The notes under the pieces are model-generated. The model saw only the letters and a program-made list of their open reading frames with translations. It made no database searches and had not been told where the DNA came from. This document shows, piece after piece, positions 46,912 through 56,253 of a DNA stretch of 64,000 nucleotides (position 1 is the stretch's first letter; each line of letters begins with the position of its first letter). The position numbers and the translations under genes were made by a program. The stretch lies in the sequence record LR756502.1. One strand, written 5' to 3'.

Positions 46912-47373
46912 TTATTTACTTTTTAATAGGCCGGAGACCTCATTCAATACTTCACCAAGTAGGTTTAGTCCTTTCCAGTTTTTTGGATCTTCTATACCAG
47001 CATCATCCTCCATCATGCCAATTCCCCATACCTTATCATAAGGAGATGCTTCAACAAAATTAGATTTACTAAGCAACTCTTTTTTAAGAATTTCATTCTG
47101 TAAAAACTTCTGGGTACAAACATCCAACATATACTTATATCGGACATTGCTCCAAGCAACATCATCATATCCAGATACCATTCGACCAAGTCTCTTAACA
47201 TCACCTGGGTTACTGGTCTTTAATGCCTCATCCGCGATATTAGTATCACCGAAGAACATTGCTTTCTCCCACATAAATGCTTGTTCACTATTTTCAAAAT
47301 CAAACCCCTTGTAGGTAAATTTCGCTGGGTACCAATTTGAAAATGGACCATTCCAAAAAAACGTGTAATTCAT
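46912..47373 (-). CDS. NADAR (YbiA-like) family protein
   Basis: FSNWY, SEQAFMWEKA, KRLGR, EASPYDKVWGIG, GLNLLG. Confidence 0.92.
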   Translation of the reverse strand: MNYTFFWNGPFSNWYPAKFTYKGFDFENSEQAFMWEKAMFFGDTNIADEALKTSNPGDVKRLGRMVSGYDDVAWSNVRYKYMLDVCTQKFLQNEILKKELLSKSNFVEASPYDKVWGIGMMEDDAGIEDPKNWKGLNLLGEVLNEVSGLLKSK

Positions 47374-47397
47374 AATTTCTATATTTTATTATTGTTT

Positions 47398-47751
47398 CTA
47401 AATTCCTAGATTGTCTAGTGTGTTGTTCCTATTTAATCTAACAACATCAACAAAATCACAAACCTTTTCGTGACCAAGTATCGCCTCATCATAAGTACAA
47501 TATCTTTCTTGATATCCATCATATTCACCACCAAATACCATTGTTTCGAATAAAATAGGATCTCCTATTCCGTCTCCGTGGTCAATATTTAAAAATACAG
47601 TTGATACTTTAACAGAGTCATTGCCTATTTTAAAAGTATTACCACATACTTTGTAGTCGTGTACCATATTTTTCATTGAATGAGCTGTGAAATTTTCATC
47701 AGTAGCTTTAATTACTTTCTTATCAACTAAAATATACATATATCTTTCCAT
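47398..47751 (-). CDS. Hypothetical phage protein, tag family
   Basis: VSTVFL...FETMVFGG; ends LNRNNTLDNLGI. Confidence 0.8.
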   Translation of the reverse strand: MERYMYILVDKKVIKATDENFTAHSMKNMVHDYKVCGNTFKIGNDSVKVSTVFLNIDHGDGIGDPILFETMVFGGEYDGYQERYCTYDEAILGHEKVCDFVDVVRLNRNNTLDNLGI

Positions 47752-47756
47752 TTTAC

Positions 47757-48053
47757 TTATCTATATTGTAATTCATAATAGTCAGTTGGGAATGGATTAA
47801 CTAATAGCTGTTTCTGAAACATTAACAACATACTATCCATATCAGATTGACTAACACCTGATTGACTAAACATATTAATTGTACTTGAGTCATAATCTAA
47901 ATCCATACTATTATCAGTATTGATTGTTATTCGCAATACGATATCATCATATGAATCATCGAACCCTATCTGATAAGGCTCAAATTCTATATAGTTGATC
48001 ATATTCAAATCAACGTCTTCCAATCCTAAGTACTTCTTGTCTGTGAATTTCAT
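47757..48053 (-). CDS. Hypothetical protein
   Basis: 98-aa ORF in operon. Confidence 0.7.
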   Translation of the reverse strand: MKFTDKKYLGLEDVDLNMINYIEFEPYQIGFDDSYDDIVLRITINTDNSMDLDYDSSTINMFSQSGVSQSDMDSMLLMFQKQLLVNPFPTDYYELQYR

Positions 48054-48277
48054 TATTTTAATATTTCATCTAATTTATTACTTCTTACTTCTTGTATATC
48101 CAATTCAATGACTTCTTTTATTGCCCACGAATGCAAAACATTACTATATCTAGAAAGTTGCCATTCAATAAAATAATGTGCGTTGGAAATCTTCATAATG
48201 ACTCCTTTACCATACCCATTAGGTAACTTATCATCTGTTCTAGGTTTGTTGACTATTCTATCTCCTACCTTAAGCAT
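48053..48277 (-). CDS. SH3-like hypothetical protein, tag family
   Basis: MLKVGDRI; ends EVRSNKLDEILK. Confidence 0.78.
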   Translation of the reverse strand: MLKVGDRIVNKPRTDDKLPNGYGKGVIMKISNAHYFIEWQLSRYSNVLHSWAIKEVIELDIQEVRSNKLDEILK

Positions 48278-48531
48278 TATTTTAATATTTCATTAATTTT
48301 CCTATTACGAGCCTCTGCTTTATCATATCTGAAATTGATATTATACTCTGTGATAGCATGTGTTTCGGTATATTCATTAACTCCAACCCATTTAACTGTT
48401 ATACCCCACATGTTACATCGAATAACAGTGCCATAGTCTGCTAATACATATTCTTTAGGTTTATTTTCATCTTCGCTGGCGGCACGATAACTACAATACC
48501 AAGCGATTGGGTCTCCTATTTTAATTTCCAT
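48277..48531 (-). CDS. SH3-like hypothetical protein, tag family
   Basis: MEIKIGDPI; ends EARNRKINEILK. Confidence 0.78.
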   Translation of the reverse strand: MEIKIGDPIAWYCSYRAASEDENKPKEYVLADYGTVIRCNMWGITVKWVGVNEYTETHAITEYNINFRYDKAEARNRKINEILK

Positions 48532-48956
48532 TAGTTTAATATTTGCTCTAGTTTGTGGTCTCTTAAAAATACATATAAGTCAGCCAATACAATGAATTCA
48601 ACTGTCCATTCATCATAGTCACCGTAGTAACCATATTCAGTATTAACATTCCTATCAATTAAGTCATTGATCATTAATCTACTATTATCAGATATGTTAG
48701 GAAATAACACTTCTAATACAATATCAATTACCTTGAAGTGGTCAGATGGTGCCTCACAAGACCACTCTTCATTGATTGTATCCTCATCATCCCAACATGA
48801 TCCTGGTCTACCACCAGAAGAATATCTGGAGTAGATACATAATTCTTTGATATGTAATGGTATTCCATTTCCTTGCACAAATAATCCTTGGTCCCAAAGA
48901 CCTTGTCCTTGACACTTAAAATTAATATCTTGTATTTGTTCTTTGGATAATATCAT
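48531..48956 (-). CDS. Hypothetical protein, tag family
   Basis: Ends FLRDHKLEQILN. Confidence 0.78.
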   Translation of the reverse strand: MILSKEQIQDINFKCQGQGLWDQGLFVQGNGIPLHIKELCIYSRYSSGGRPGSCWDDEDTINEEWSCEAPSDHFKVIDIVLEVLFPNISDNSRLMINDLIDRNVNTEYGYYGDYDEWTVEFIVLADLYVFLRDHKLEQILN

Positions 48957-49273
48957 AGTTTATTAAGTATTCTGTTTATTTTAATATCTCTCAATATTAC
49001 ATCACTTATCTCTATCCATCTTAAAGGAATACTATAAGGTCTTTCTCTATTATTATAATTAACCTTAACTGGATATGGGTCATCTGGTGAATTAAACCCG
49101 ACTATCGTAGCTCGGAAGTATGGTAAATCTTCAGTGAAGCTGTTTTTAGGGTACCAACCATTATTCACTAGCGTATCAATTTGTATACTATCACCAATTT
49201 CTAATTGATTAAATAGCCGAAACTCGGATATAGTTGTATATGGGTGTGAGCTTGATAACTGAAAACTATTCAT
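48953..49273 (-). CDS. Hypothetical protein, tag family
   Basis: Ends ILRDIKINRILNKL. Confidence 0.78.
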   Translation of the reverse strand: MNSFQLSSSHPYTTISEFRLFNQLEIGDSIQIDTLVNNGWYPKNSFTEDLPYFRATIVGFNSPDDPYPVKVNYNNRERPYSIPLRWIEISDVILRDIKINRILNKL

Positions 49274-49322
49274 TAAAAATCAATTTAGGTAAATATACAA
49301 AAATTAAACCGATTAAGAAAAA

Positions 49323-49658
49323 TTATTTGAAACTGTTATCGGGATCACAACACTCTATTATATAATCCATATAACCAGATAACTGCTCGATAAGAACAGC
49401 TAGTGATTTTAGCTCTTCGTCTAGTAAATTATCCAAATCATAAGAATCAATTAAGTTAGCTATCTTACCCATCTCTTCATCCACACTATCCTTTGCTCTA
49501 TGGAAATCATGATCAAGTAAAATACTTAACTTAAAATTCCTTTTTTCTGAAAATTTTATATAAGGCTCTATTACATTCTTCTCATACTCAGTGAGCATGT
49601 ATTTTAAATATACTCCTCTTGTATCTTTTAAATTAATTAATCTACCTATACTATTCAT
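49323..49658 (-). CDS. Hypothetical protein with internal tag
   Basis: KRNFKLSILLD. Confidence 0.72.
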   Translation of the reverse strand: MNSIGRLINLKDTRGVYLKYMLTEYEKNVIEPYIKFSEKRNFKLSILLDHDFHRAKDSVDEEMGKIANLIDSYDLDNLLDEELKSLAVLIEQLSGYMDYIIECCDPDNSFK

Positions 49659-50562
49659 AACTTACTCTGTATTTAATAACAGCAAGGTCTTTTGCCTTAG
49701 CTTCAATTTCAGTATCAAAGTCAAGACCGAATGTCTCAATTTTCTCATAGATATAGTCAGCATGTGCTGTTTGTTTACCTTTAACATCTTCTATGGTTTT
49801 TGGTGAACTCATATGAGTTAGTACTCTTGTAGACCAAGTTGAGTGCGCTAATCTAAGTGCATCTTCCATAGTCTGGTCTTGAGTGCCATAATTAAAGTGA
49901 TGTTGGTCAAATACAATAGGAATACCTATAATACTATGAACCATATCATATAACATCTTAACAGAGTACTGAGATAACTTATCATCATTCTCAACAGTTA
50001 ATCTTTTTTTACAAGAATCAGATAGTTTACTAAATCCTTCACAGAATCTTCTTGCAGAATCTTCTCTTGTCGGTTGAGTAGTATTTATATGTATATTGAT
50101 TGGGTAAAAGGTAGATTGCTCTAGTCCCATTAAATCCATTAGTTCTGCATGTTTATTAAGCTCATCGATTGTCTTAGTAACAACGTTTGGATTCTCACTA
50201 GCAAGAACATTGAATGGGCCTGGATGATATGATACACGAATATTATTATCCTTACTCTTATTACCTATAAGAGTAAGATATGTTTGAATAGAGGAAAAAT
50301 TTGGCAGGTTTTGAAATCTATACTCAGACATCCAAGGAAATGAATCGCTCGACATTCGGTATATAAAAATATCATTCTCGATGTTATAATCTAAGACTTT
50401 AAGTGTATCCTTCAAATTAAGGATAATTAACTCAGAAACGTATGTTAGGCCTTTGGCATCAAATGTTCTACGAATCATGCCTCGATTAACAAGTATTTGA
50501 TCTTTCTTTGGCTTACCAACATTACATCCTAGTGGTATACAACAATATCCGATATTTTTCAT
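49651..50562 (-). CDS. uvsE: UV DNA damage endonuclease
   Basis: IGYCCI, YRMSSDSFPW, SYHPGPF, LTVENDD, FDQHH, HADY, EIEAKAKD. Confidence 0.93.
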   Translation of the reverse strand: MKNIGYCCIPLGCNVGKPKKDQILVNRGMIRRTFDAKGLTYVSELIILNLKDTLKVLDYNIENDIFIYRMSSDSFPWMSEYRFQNLPNFSSIQTYLTLIGNKSKDNNIRVSYHPGPFNVLASENPNVVTKTIDELNKHAELMDLMGLEQSTFYPINIHINTTQPTREDSARRFCEGFSKLSDSCKKRLTVENDDKLSQYSVKMLYDMVHSIIGIPIVFDQHHFNYGTQDQTMEDALRLAHSTWSTRVLTHMSSPKTIEDVKGKQTAHADYIYEKIETFGLDFDTEIEAKAKDLAVIKYRVSYE

Positions 50563-50588
50563 TTTACAAATATACGAAATATTTCCTA

Positions 50589-50786
50589 TTAAATTCCTAA
50601 TTGGTCTAACTTTTGGTCGCGAACTCTAACTTTGTGATTAGCAAGTATCTTCTTTGATATTTTAATAGAGCTATTAATTTGTAAATAATACCAAGACTCT
50701 TTACCTGATACTTTTAATAGCTCTTCATTCTCTTTCAGTGCTTGTATCTCACTTCTTATTAAGTCATCTATGTTTGGTATATTCAT
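50589..50786 (-). CDS. Hypothetical protein, tag family
   Basis: Ends RVRDQKLDQLGI. Confidence 0.75.
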   Translation of the reverse strand: MNIPNIDDLIRSEIQALKENEELLKVSGKESWYYLQINSSIKISKKILANHKVRVRDQKLDQLGI

Positions 50787-51241
50787 AATCCTAATGTGTT
50801 TAATTTTTTATCACGTCTAATTATTATATAATCGAAGTAATCATCGATGAAATATATTGATACATCAAAATGTATTTTATCAATTCCATATTTCTTTTTA
50901 ATCTCATACTCTGTGAGTAAACAGAATGATATAAGATCTTTATTACTTCCTCTACTCCTCAATTCGATCATTGGTAATTCAATACTAGTTGTATATAGAT
51001 CCCTTATCTCATCACGTCTTAAGTATCCGGGTATTACTTCTGGTAGAGTTTCTTGTGTATATCCTTTTCTAATCCAATCGATTGATCCAGCAACCAAACT
51101 AGTGTATTTGAAATATTCATCATAGTCAGTTGTTAATCTAGTCTTTTGAATATGTATATCCGGTACTTCATATTCCTCTCCCTCTACAAAGATATCTCCC
51201 CAATAGTATGAAAGTGTTTTGGTGCATCTAATCTTACTCAT
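50783..51241 (-). CDS. Hypothetical protein, tag family
   Basis: MSKIRC start; ends IRRDKKLNTLGL. Confidence 0.78.
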   Translation of the reverse strand: MSKIRCTKTLSYYWGDIFVEGEEYEVPDIHIQKTRLTTDYDEYFKYTSLVAGSIDWIRKGYTQETLPEVIPGYLRRDEIRDLYTTSIELPMIELRSRGSNKDLISFCLLTEYEIKKKYGIDKIHFDVSIYFIDDYFDYIIIRRDKKLNTLGL

Positions 51242-51337
51242 TAAAATCCCTCCCAGAAGTCTTCTCCCTCTTTAGTTTCAACTATATAACCACTTGGTTG
51301 ACCAGTAATCTCGTTGATCTTCTTCATCTTCTTGTCA

Positions 51338-51763
51338 TTATTTTGTACTATACAGGCGTAAACGAGCTTTGTTTCTATTCAATTGTATATTAATATACGC
51401 AAGAATTTCCTCTTCAGCACTACCTAATAACACACCATCACCTCCAATCTTATCAACTCTTCCTTTCTTGAATAACAAACTCATTGTTTCTCTTTCAATA
51501 CCAAGAACATCACTTATAATATTGTCTCGACGCATCGCTGTGTGGTCAAGTCTATTGGACTTGATAAACTTCTCCATCGTATCAACACCTGGTGATATTT
51601 CAATTCCCATTCTATGTAAAGCCGCTCCTAATGCTTTATACTTCTTTGCTTCAAACCAATTTGGTGAGTAAGAATCTTCTATCTTGTTTTTGTAGTTAAC
51701 AAAATATCCACTATATTTCCCATATGAAGACTTAAACTCTTCTCTATAAACTATATACCACAT
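51338..51763 (-). CDS. Hypothetical protein with internal tag; 3' end may be frameshifted
   Basis: RRDNIISDVLGI; the +1 frame continues to 51241. Confidence 0.65.
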   Translation of the reverse strand: MWYIVYREEFKSSYGKYSGYFVNYKNKIEDSYSPNWFEAKKYKALGAALHRMGIEISPGVDTMEKFIKSNRLDHTAMRRDNIISDVLGIERETMSLLFKKGRVDKIGGDGVLLGSAEEEILAYINIQLNRNKARLRLYSTK

Positions 51764-52017
51764 ATTCCTTTTAATTTATTATCTCTCATTTCATCCTTAC
51801 TCAACTCAACAGTTACCATTCTTACCCAAGGGTTGTCCATATTAATATCAACATACTCATAATACTCATTTATTTTGTATCCATTTGTATATTGACTAAC
51901 TGCATTGTCTATGTGTTCTACTGGATCATCCTCGCCTTTATATGTGAAGATTGCTACTTTTATATAGGATCCATTATCATTTTCTGGCATGAAAACCTCC
52001 TTTATCATTACTCCCAT
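51751..52017 (-). CDS. Hypothetical protein, tag family
   Basis: Ends EMRDNKLKGICGI. Confidence 0.75.
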   Translation of the reverse strand: MGVMIKEVFMPENDNGSYIKVAIFTYKGEDDPVEHIDNAVSQYTNGYKINEYYEYVDINMDNPWVRMVTVELSKDEMRDNKLKGICGI

Positions 52018-52338
52018 TATATTCCTATTTTTTTTAATTTTCTATCTCTAGTATCTGCCTTAATTTTAGCTTCAAATTCTTCCTCTGTGACATTTTTAGT
52101 AATTGGTCTTTTATAGAATTTATAAAAGTAATATCCAGATAATAAAGGTCCTACTCCAAATACAGCCACTATAATCATCCATCCAATCAGATTTAAACTG
52201 CTTGGCATTTAGAAAGGTCATTAGTATTGCTAATGAAACACAATAAATAAATACATTGGATAGTGCAACTATTTGACCATATGGTATTCTGAATAACACA
52301 ACTGCAATTAAAATCCCAACATAAACAAGTATCTTCAT
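52017..52338 (-). CDS. Membrane protein, apparently split by a 1-nt indel, tag family
   Basis: 52120-52338 and 52017-52208 join at CTAAATG (LMTFL-MPSS); ends DTRDRKLKKIGI. Confidence 0.6.
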
Positions 52339-52613
52339 ATTCCTATTTTATTTAATTGTGATTCTCTTCCTATCTGTCTCATTTGCTGTTCGTTATAGAA
52401 GTGGTTAAGAAATCTCTTATCAGTCTCTCCATCTATTCCATCCAATATAAAAGAAGTATAGAACTGATCATTCTTATATACTTCATATTCCCAGGAGAAA
52501 GTATAGTTTGTAAAATAAATATCATAGGTCTCACCAATGGTCAATCCCTTGGTTGAATACATTTTGACACCCATAGTTGAATGACAAATAGATTTATACT
52601 TAAACTCCCTCAT
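52335..52613 (-). CDS. Hypothetical protein, tag family
   Basis: Ends IGRESQLNKIGI. Confidence 0.75.
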   Translation of the reverse strand: MREFKYKSICHSTMGVKMYSTKGLTIGETYDIYFTNYTFSWEYEVYKNDQFYTSFILDGIDGETDKRFLNHFYNEQQMRQIGRESQLNKIGI

Positions 52614-52962
52614 TAACTCCTAATTTTTTTAATTTTCTATCTCTCTCAACTGACTTAGTTATATCAATAACTCCATTACCAATAAGCATTTTAAGATTAC
52701 ACTTAGCAGACCTTTTTCCAATATGTGTATGTATTGCATGATATGACTCATGTGTAAACATAGTCTGTCCATCATTAACACTTGGTTTGTTTAATTCTAT
52801 CCAACACCAAGTGTTATAGTTAGATTGCATGTGTACTGAAGTTACTGTTTTATCACCATAAGCATACAATATATCACCAACTCTTAACCCAATATAGGTC
52901 TCTCGATAGTCTTCTTCTACTTCAACAATACTCCAACCTGGTTTATCAACACAATATATCAT
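52600..52962 (-). CDS. Hypothetical protein, tag family
   Basis: ERDRKLKKLGV. Confidence 0.75.
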   Translation of the reverse strand: MIYCVDKPGWSIVEVEEDYRETYIGLRVGDILYAYGDKTVTSVHMQSNYNTWCWIELNKPSVNDGQTMFTHESYHAIHTHIGKRSAKCNLKMLIGNGVIDITKSVERDRKLKKLGVNEGV

Positions 52963-53578
52963 CTAATTTTCTATTTCTAATATGTGGTTTCATTATATCA
53001 AGGATCTCATCCTTTCTCTTATCTTTACCGGAGAATCCTCTAGGTAACAGATCCGACTTAATATACCTCTTCCTTGCATCAATGAATATAAATGGAACTT
53101 TCCCCAATTCAAATCCAAACGGAAACCAAACAGACCTCATCATATTGTGAACCATTCCTTCATCACCAACAATAAACATACTGTCAGTGTCAATATACAA
53201 CCAGTCATAAGGAATATTTGCTATTATATCCCCATAAAACATACTCATATACTGACTGAATAAATCAAAAGACTGTGGTGTGATATCTCTAAACCCGTTA
53301 GACCATATTGAGTTAATCCATAATTTATTTTCTCTCCATAAGTTATTATCATAGTAGTATCTTAACTTACTAATATCATCCTTCTTATTTTTTATGTTAA
53401 TATCAAACTTATCAAATATTCCATTATCATATAAATATAAGAATAATCTTGGGTATAAACTATTGAACGATACCTCGATAACACCTTCAACTACAACACC
53501 CCTCATCTGCTCATTTAGTGCGCAATATCCGCCTCGGTAATAGACAGGATATACTAGTCTATCTAAATACTTATCCAT
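52946..53578 (-). CDS. Truncated family-B DNA polymerase palm-like protein, tag family
   Basis: VSFNSLYP (motif A-like) and YIDTDS (motif C); only 210 aa; ends HIRNRKLDDILC. Confidence 0.65.
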   Translation of the reverse strand: MDKYLDRLVYPVYYRGGYCALNEQMRGVVVEGVIEVSFNSLYPRLFLYLYDNGIFDKFDINIKNKKDDISKLRYYYDNNLWRENKLWINSIWSNGFRDITPQSFDLFSQYMSMFYGDIIANIPYDWLYIDTDSMFIVGDEGMVHNMMRSVWFPFGFELGKVPFIFIDARKRYIKSDLLPRGFSGKDKRKDEILDIMKPHIRNRKLDDILC

Positions 53579-53816
53579 TTAATATTTCATTTAATATTTT
53601 ATCCCTCATGATTACCTTAACATCAACCCAATTTTCACCACAAGTTTGACTGTGTGGACTAGTAACTCTTGCCCTTTCCTTATAGAAGTCACACACAAAT
53701 CTACCTTCTATTTGACCATATCCTGTACCATCCCATTCGATATCCATAGGATATTCAGAATCTTTTTCCCTAACTCTAAGATGAGCACAATTTATACATT
53801 TTCCCTTATTTTCCAT
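53571..53816 (-). CDS. Cys-containing hypothetical protein, tag family
   Basis: Ends IMRDKILNEILNG. Confidence 0.75.
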   Translation of the reverse strand: MENKGKCINCAHLRVREKDSEYPMDIEWDGTGYGQIEGRFVCDFYKERARVTSPHSQTCGENWVDVKVIMRDKILNEILNG

Positions 53817-53821
53817 AAGTA

Positions 53822-54094
53822 TTAAAGTATTTCATTTAGTTTATTATCTCTATTAATCATCTTGTAATACTCATTATCATATTCAAGTGTATATTCAAAT
53901 TGATATATCCTTACGATATCAGTCTTATACATGCAAATTAGTGGCATCTTAGGTGGAGTATAATCATTCTCCTCTGTTGGATACCAATTTGCTGGTGGGT
54001 TATCTTCTCTTACATATATGTTAGTAATGAAACCACTTGAATTTGGTACATACTTATTATATACCTTATCACCGATTTTAAACTTCTGATTCAT
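53822..54094 (-). CDS. SH3-like hypothetical protein, tag family
   Basis: KFKIGDKV; ends INRDNKLNEIL. Confidence 0.78.
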   Translation of the reverse strand: MNQKFKIGDKVYNKYVPNSSGFITNIYVREDNPPANWYPTEENDYTPPKMPLICMYKTDIVRIYQFEYTLEYDNEYYKMINRDNKLNEIL

Positions 54095-54411
54095 ATTCCC
54101 AACTGATTTAATTTACTACCACGCTTCCATACCTTCATTAGATTCATCAAGTCATTGAATGATACCTCAATGTACATACCAACATCATCTAGATCTATTG
54201 TAAATTGTTCCTTGTAGTCTAAGTCAAAATCTCTAAAGTCTAACTGCTTAGAGTCATTACCCTTAGCAAGAGTAACAACAAATCTACCTGGATAGAATGT
54301 TATTGAACTAAAATAAGGGAACATCTCATCCAACTGATCATACAAAGACTGACCATCCGGTAAATCCAGAATGTCATCCACCGTTATCTTAGTATCATAC
54401 TCTATATCCAT
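54091..54411 (-). CDS. Hypothetical protein, tag family
   Basis: Ends WKRGSKLNQLGI. Confidence 0.78.
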   Translation of the reverse strand: MDIEYDTKITVDDILDLPDGQSLYDQLDEMFPYFSSITFYPGRFVVTLAKGNDSKQLDFRDFDLDYKEQFTIDLDDVGMYIEVSFNDLMNLMKVWKRGSKLNQLGI

Positions 54412-55022
54412 TAGTCTAATATGTTCTTAATCTGATAGTCTCTATGATCTTGTAACCACAAACCTGCCGCCTCATTAAACTTATCCTTATCCCAATAATA
54501 CTTACCCGCTATATAAAACCCCTCATCATCATATTCACTTGAAATGGCTGGTCCATCAATTCTATGCTTCTGTCCCTCAAAGTGATACTCCCAAGTACCA
54601 TCAGCTTTTTCAATCGCAGGCCCACCCACTCTATGTAAAACATTGTTCTTGTAATACATCTTAGTCCCATCTGAATAATTAACAACAGTTGGTTCTCCAT
54701 CAAGTACCTCCGCCTCTAATACAATAGCAATAGCATCCTTTATAATCTCCCAGATTTTAGAAAACTCCTCACCATTTATATCATACTCACCAAACCTATC
54801 AGCACCAACTAAGTCAATTAATCTTTTTATATATGTTTGCTCATTGAAATAATCATAGATACTTCTATCTACAATAAAATCAGCAGTGAATTGCTTAGCA
54901 TACTTTATAGCAGAATCCATATCATCAAATAGATTTGTATAACTATCCTGGTTAGGATCGTGGTCATACCAATTATCGTTGTACTCATATCCCTTTTCTT
55001 TTACTACATATCCTTTTCTCAT
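54411..55022 (-). CDS. Protein with HRxxGPA beta-hairpin repeats (MORN/YwqK-like), tag family
   Basis: LHRVGGPAIE...KHRIDGPAIS; ends HRDYQIKNILD. Confidence 0.75.
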   Translation of the reverse strand: MRKGYVVKEKGYEYNDNWYDHDPNQDSYTNLFDDMDSAIKYAKQFTADFIVDRSIYDYFNEQTYIKRLIDLVGADRFGEYDINGEEFSKIWEIIKDAIAIVLEAEVLDGEPTVVNYSDGTKMYYKNNVLHRVGGPAIEKADGTWEYHFEGQKHRIDGPAISSEYDDEGFYIAGKYYWDKDKFNEAAGLWLQDHRDYQIKNILD

Positions 55023-55219
55023 ATTCCTATATCATCTAATTTATTATTTCTATCAGTTCTTTTACTCGGTACCAACTCCCGCACACACTCTTCTAGTGGG
55101 TATGCTGTATTTGATCTCTCAGATCTAAGATTTCTACAATCTTTGCAATCCATATCTTCTTCCTCATGAACACATATAACTCTTTCAAGTAATGAGTCAA
55201 ATATAACATAAATTTTCAT
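55019..55219 (-). CDS. Hypothetical protein, tag family
   Basis: Ends TDRNNKLDDIGI. Confidence 0.75.
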   Translation of the reverse strand: MKIYVIFDSLLERVICVHEEEDMDCKDCRNLRSERSNTAYPLEECVRELVPSKRTDRNNKLDDIGI

Positions 55220-55221
55220 AA

Positions 55222-55566
55222 TTATTCTAATATTGATTCTAATTTTCTATCTCTTACATCCACTAACCATTTCTGATACGTTTCCAAATTAAACCGATTA
55301 CCACTTCTACTATTTAGATATGCCCAAGTTCCAGCAAACCTTGCTGTTGGTCCTATAACCAACTTCCAACCACTCCATATCGGCTTAATCATTAACAAGT
55401 CAACAAATCCATCCCTCTTAATCACATCATTATAAATTGAATCTTCGGAAAGATCATAGTACCTCACACTCTTAATAGTAATGGACTCAATATCATCAAC
55501 TCGAATAGACTCAACATACTTCTCATTTATGTACGTCTTAAACTTATCTTTGTCTATCTCACTCAT
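55222..55566 (-). CDS. Hypothetical protein, tag family
   Basis: Ends DVRDRKLESILE. Confidence 0.78.
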   Translation of the reverse strand: MSEIDKDKFKTYINEKYVESIRVDDIESITIKSVRYYDLSEDSIYNDVIKRDGFVDLLMIKPIWSGWKLVIGPTARFAGTWAYLNSRSGNRFNLETYQKWLVDVRDRKLESILE

Positions 55567-55766
55567 ATACCTAACTTCTTTAATTTAATATCCCTTTTAA
55601 TATCAAGCCTAACAAACCTCTCTTTACAAAATGTCTCCTTCTCACCATCATCATTAGTAACCGCATATCCAATATAATACTCAGTAGCATCATAAGTCTT
55701 TCCTTTAGTTAGTCTAGTCTTAGTTTTTTCACCAAGATGTCTATCATCTATACACAATAATATCAT
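55563..55766 (-). CDS. Hypothetical protein, tag family
   Basis: MILLCID start; ends IKRDIKLKKLGI. Confidence 0.78.
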   Translation of the reverse strand: MILLCIDDRHLGEKTKTRLTKGKTYDATEYYIGYAVTNDDGEKETFCKERFVRLDIKRDIKLKKLGI

Positions 55767-55993
55767 ATACCTAAACCATTTAATTTAATATTCCTAATTT
55801 CTGATATATGCAACTCAATTTCATCCTCACCAACTTCAAATGAATAATGGTTTTTGTAACCTGGAATTCCAACTAAATAGGAATTAGAACGAACACCTTT
55901 ATTTATAACTGTTATAACGTATGGATTCAAAACTTCTGGTTTGAATTTAACATTAACAATATCACCAACCTTATATTTATAGACTCTATTCAT
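55763..55993 (-). CDS. SH3-like hypothetical protein, tag family
   Basis: KYKVGDIV; ends EIRNIKLNGLGI. Confidence 0.78.
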   Translation of the reverse strand: MNRVYKYKVGDIVNVKFKPEVLNPYVITVINKGVRSNSYLVGIPGYKNHYSFEVGEDEIELHISEIRNIKLNGLGI

Positions 55994-56249
55994 TAACTAC
56001 AAATAATTCATTTAGTTTTGAATCTCTAATCAATGCCTTAGTCTTATTCAAATGGAACCCAACATTCCTAATATAAGCAATGTCACCAACCTCATAAGGG
56101 AACATACCTGCATGACTTGGCTTATTTGTATATAACACCTCAATAAGCAACCCACCAGAGTCAATGTCAAGTAATATACCTTTTGTAACAAAGTCGGTAT
56201 TTACGTGACTTATATTCACCTCTTGTCCTATCATATCTCTCATATTCAT
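55986..56249 (-). CDS. Sm/SH3-like hypothetical protein, tag family
   Basis: LIRDSKLNELF. Confidence 0.75.
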   Translation of the reverse strand: MNMRDMIGQEVNISHVNTDFVTKGILLDIDSGGLLIEVLYTNKPSHAGMFPYEVGDIAYIRNVGFHLNKTKALIRDSKLNELFVVNE

Positions 56250-56253
56250 ATCT

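Noticed and set aside
55563-55993. The tag's LGI-stop (TTAGGxATATGA) as a Shine-Dalgarno / coupling DNA signal
   Set aside because: It could help ATGA coupling, but the upstream R-D-x-K-L part shows synonymous codon variation and the motif also occurs in genes with no overlapping downstream start.
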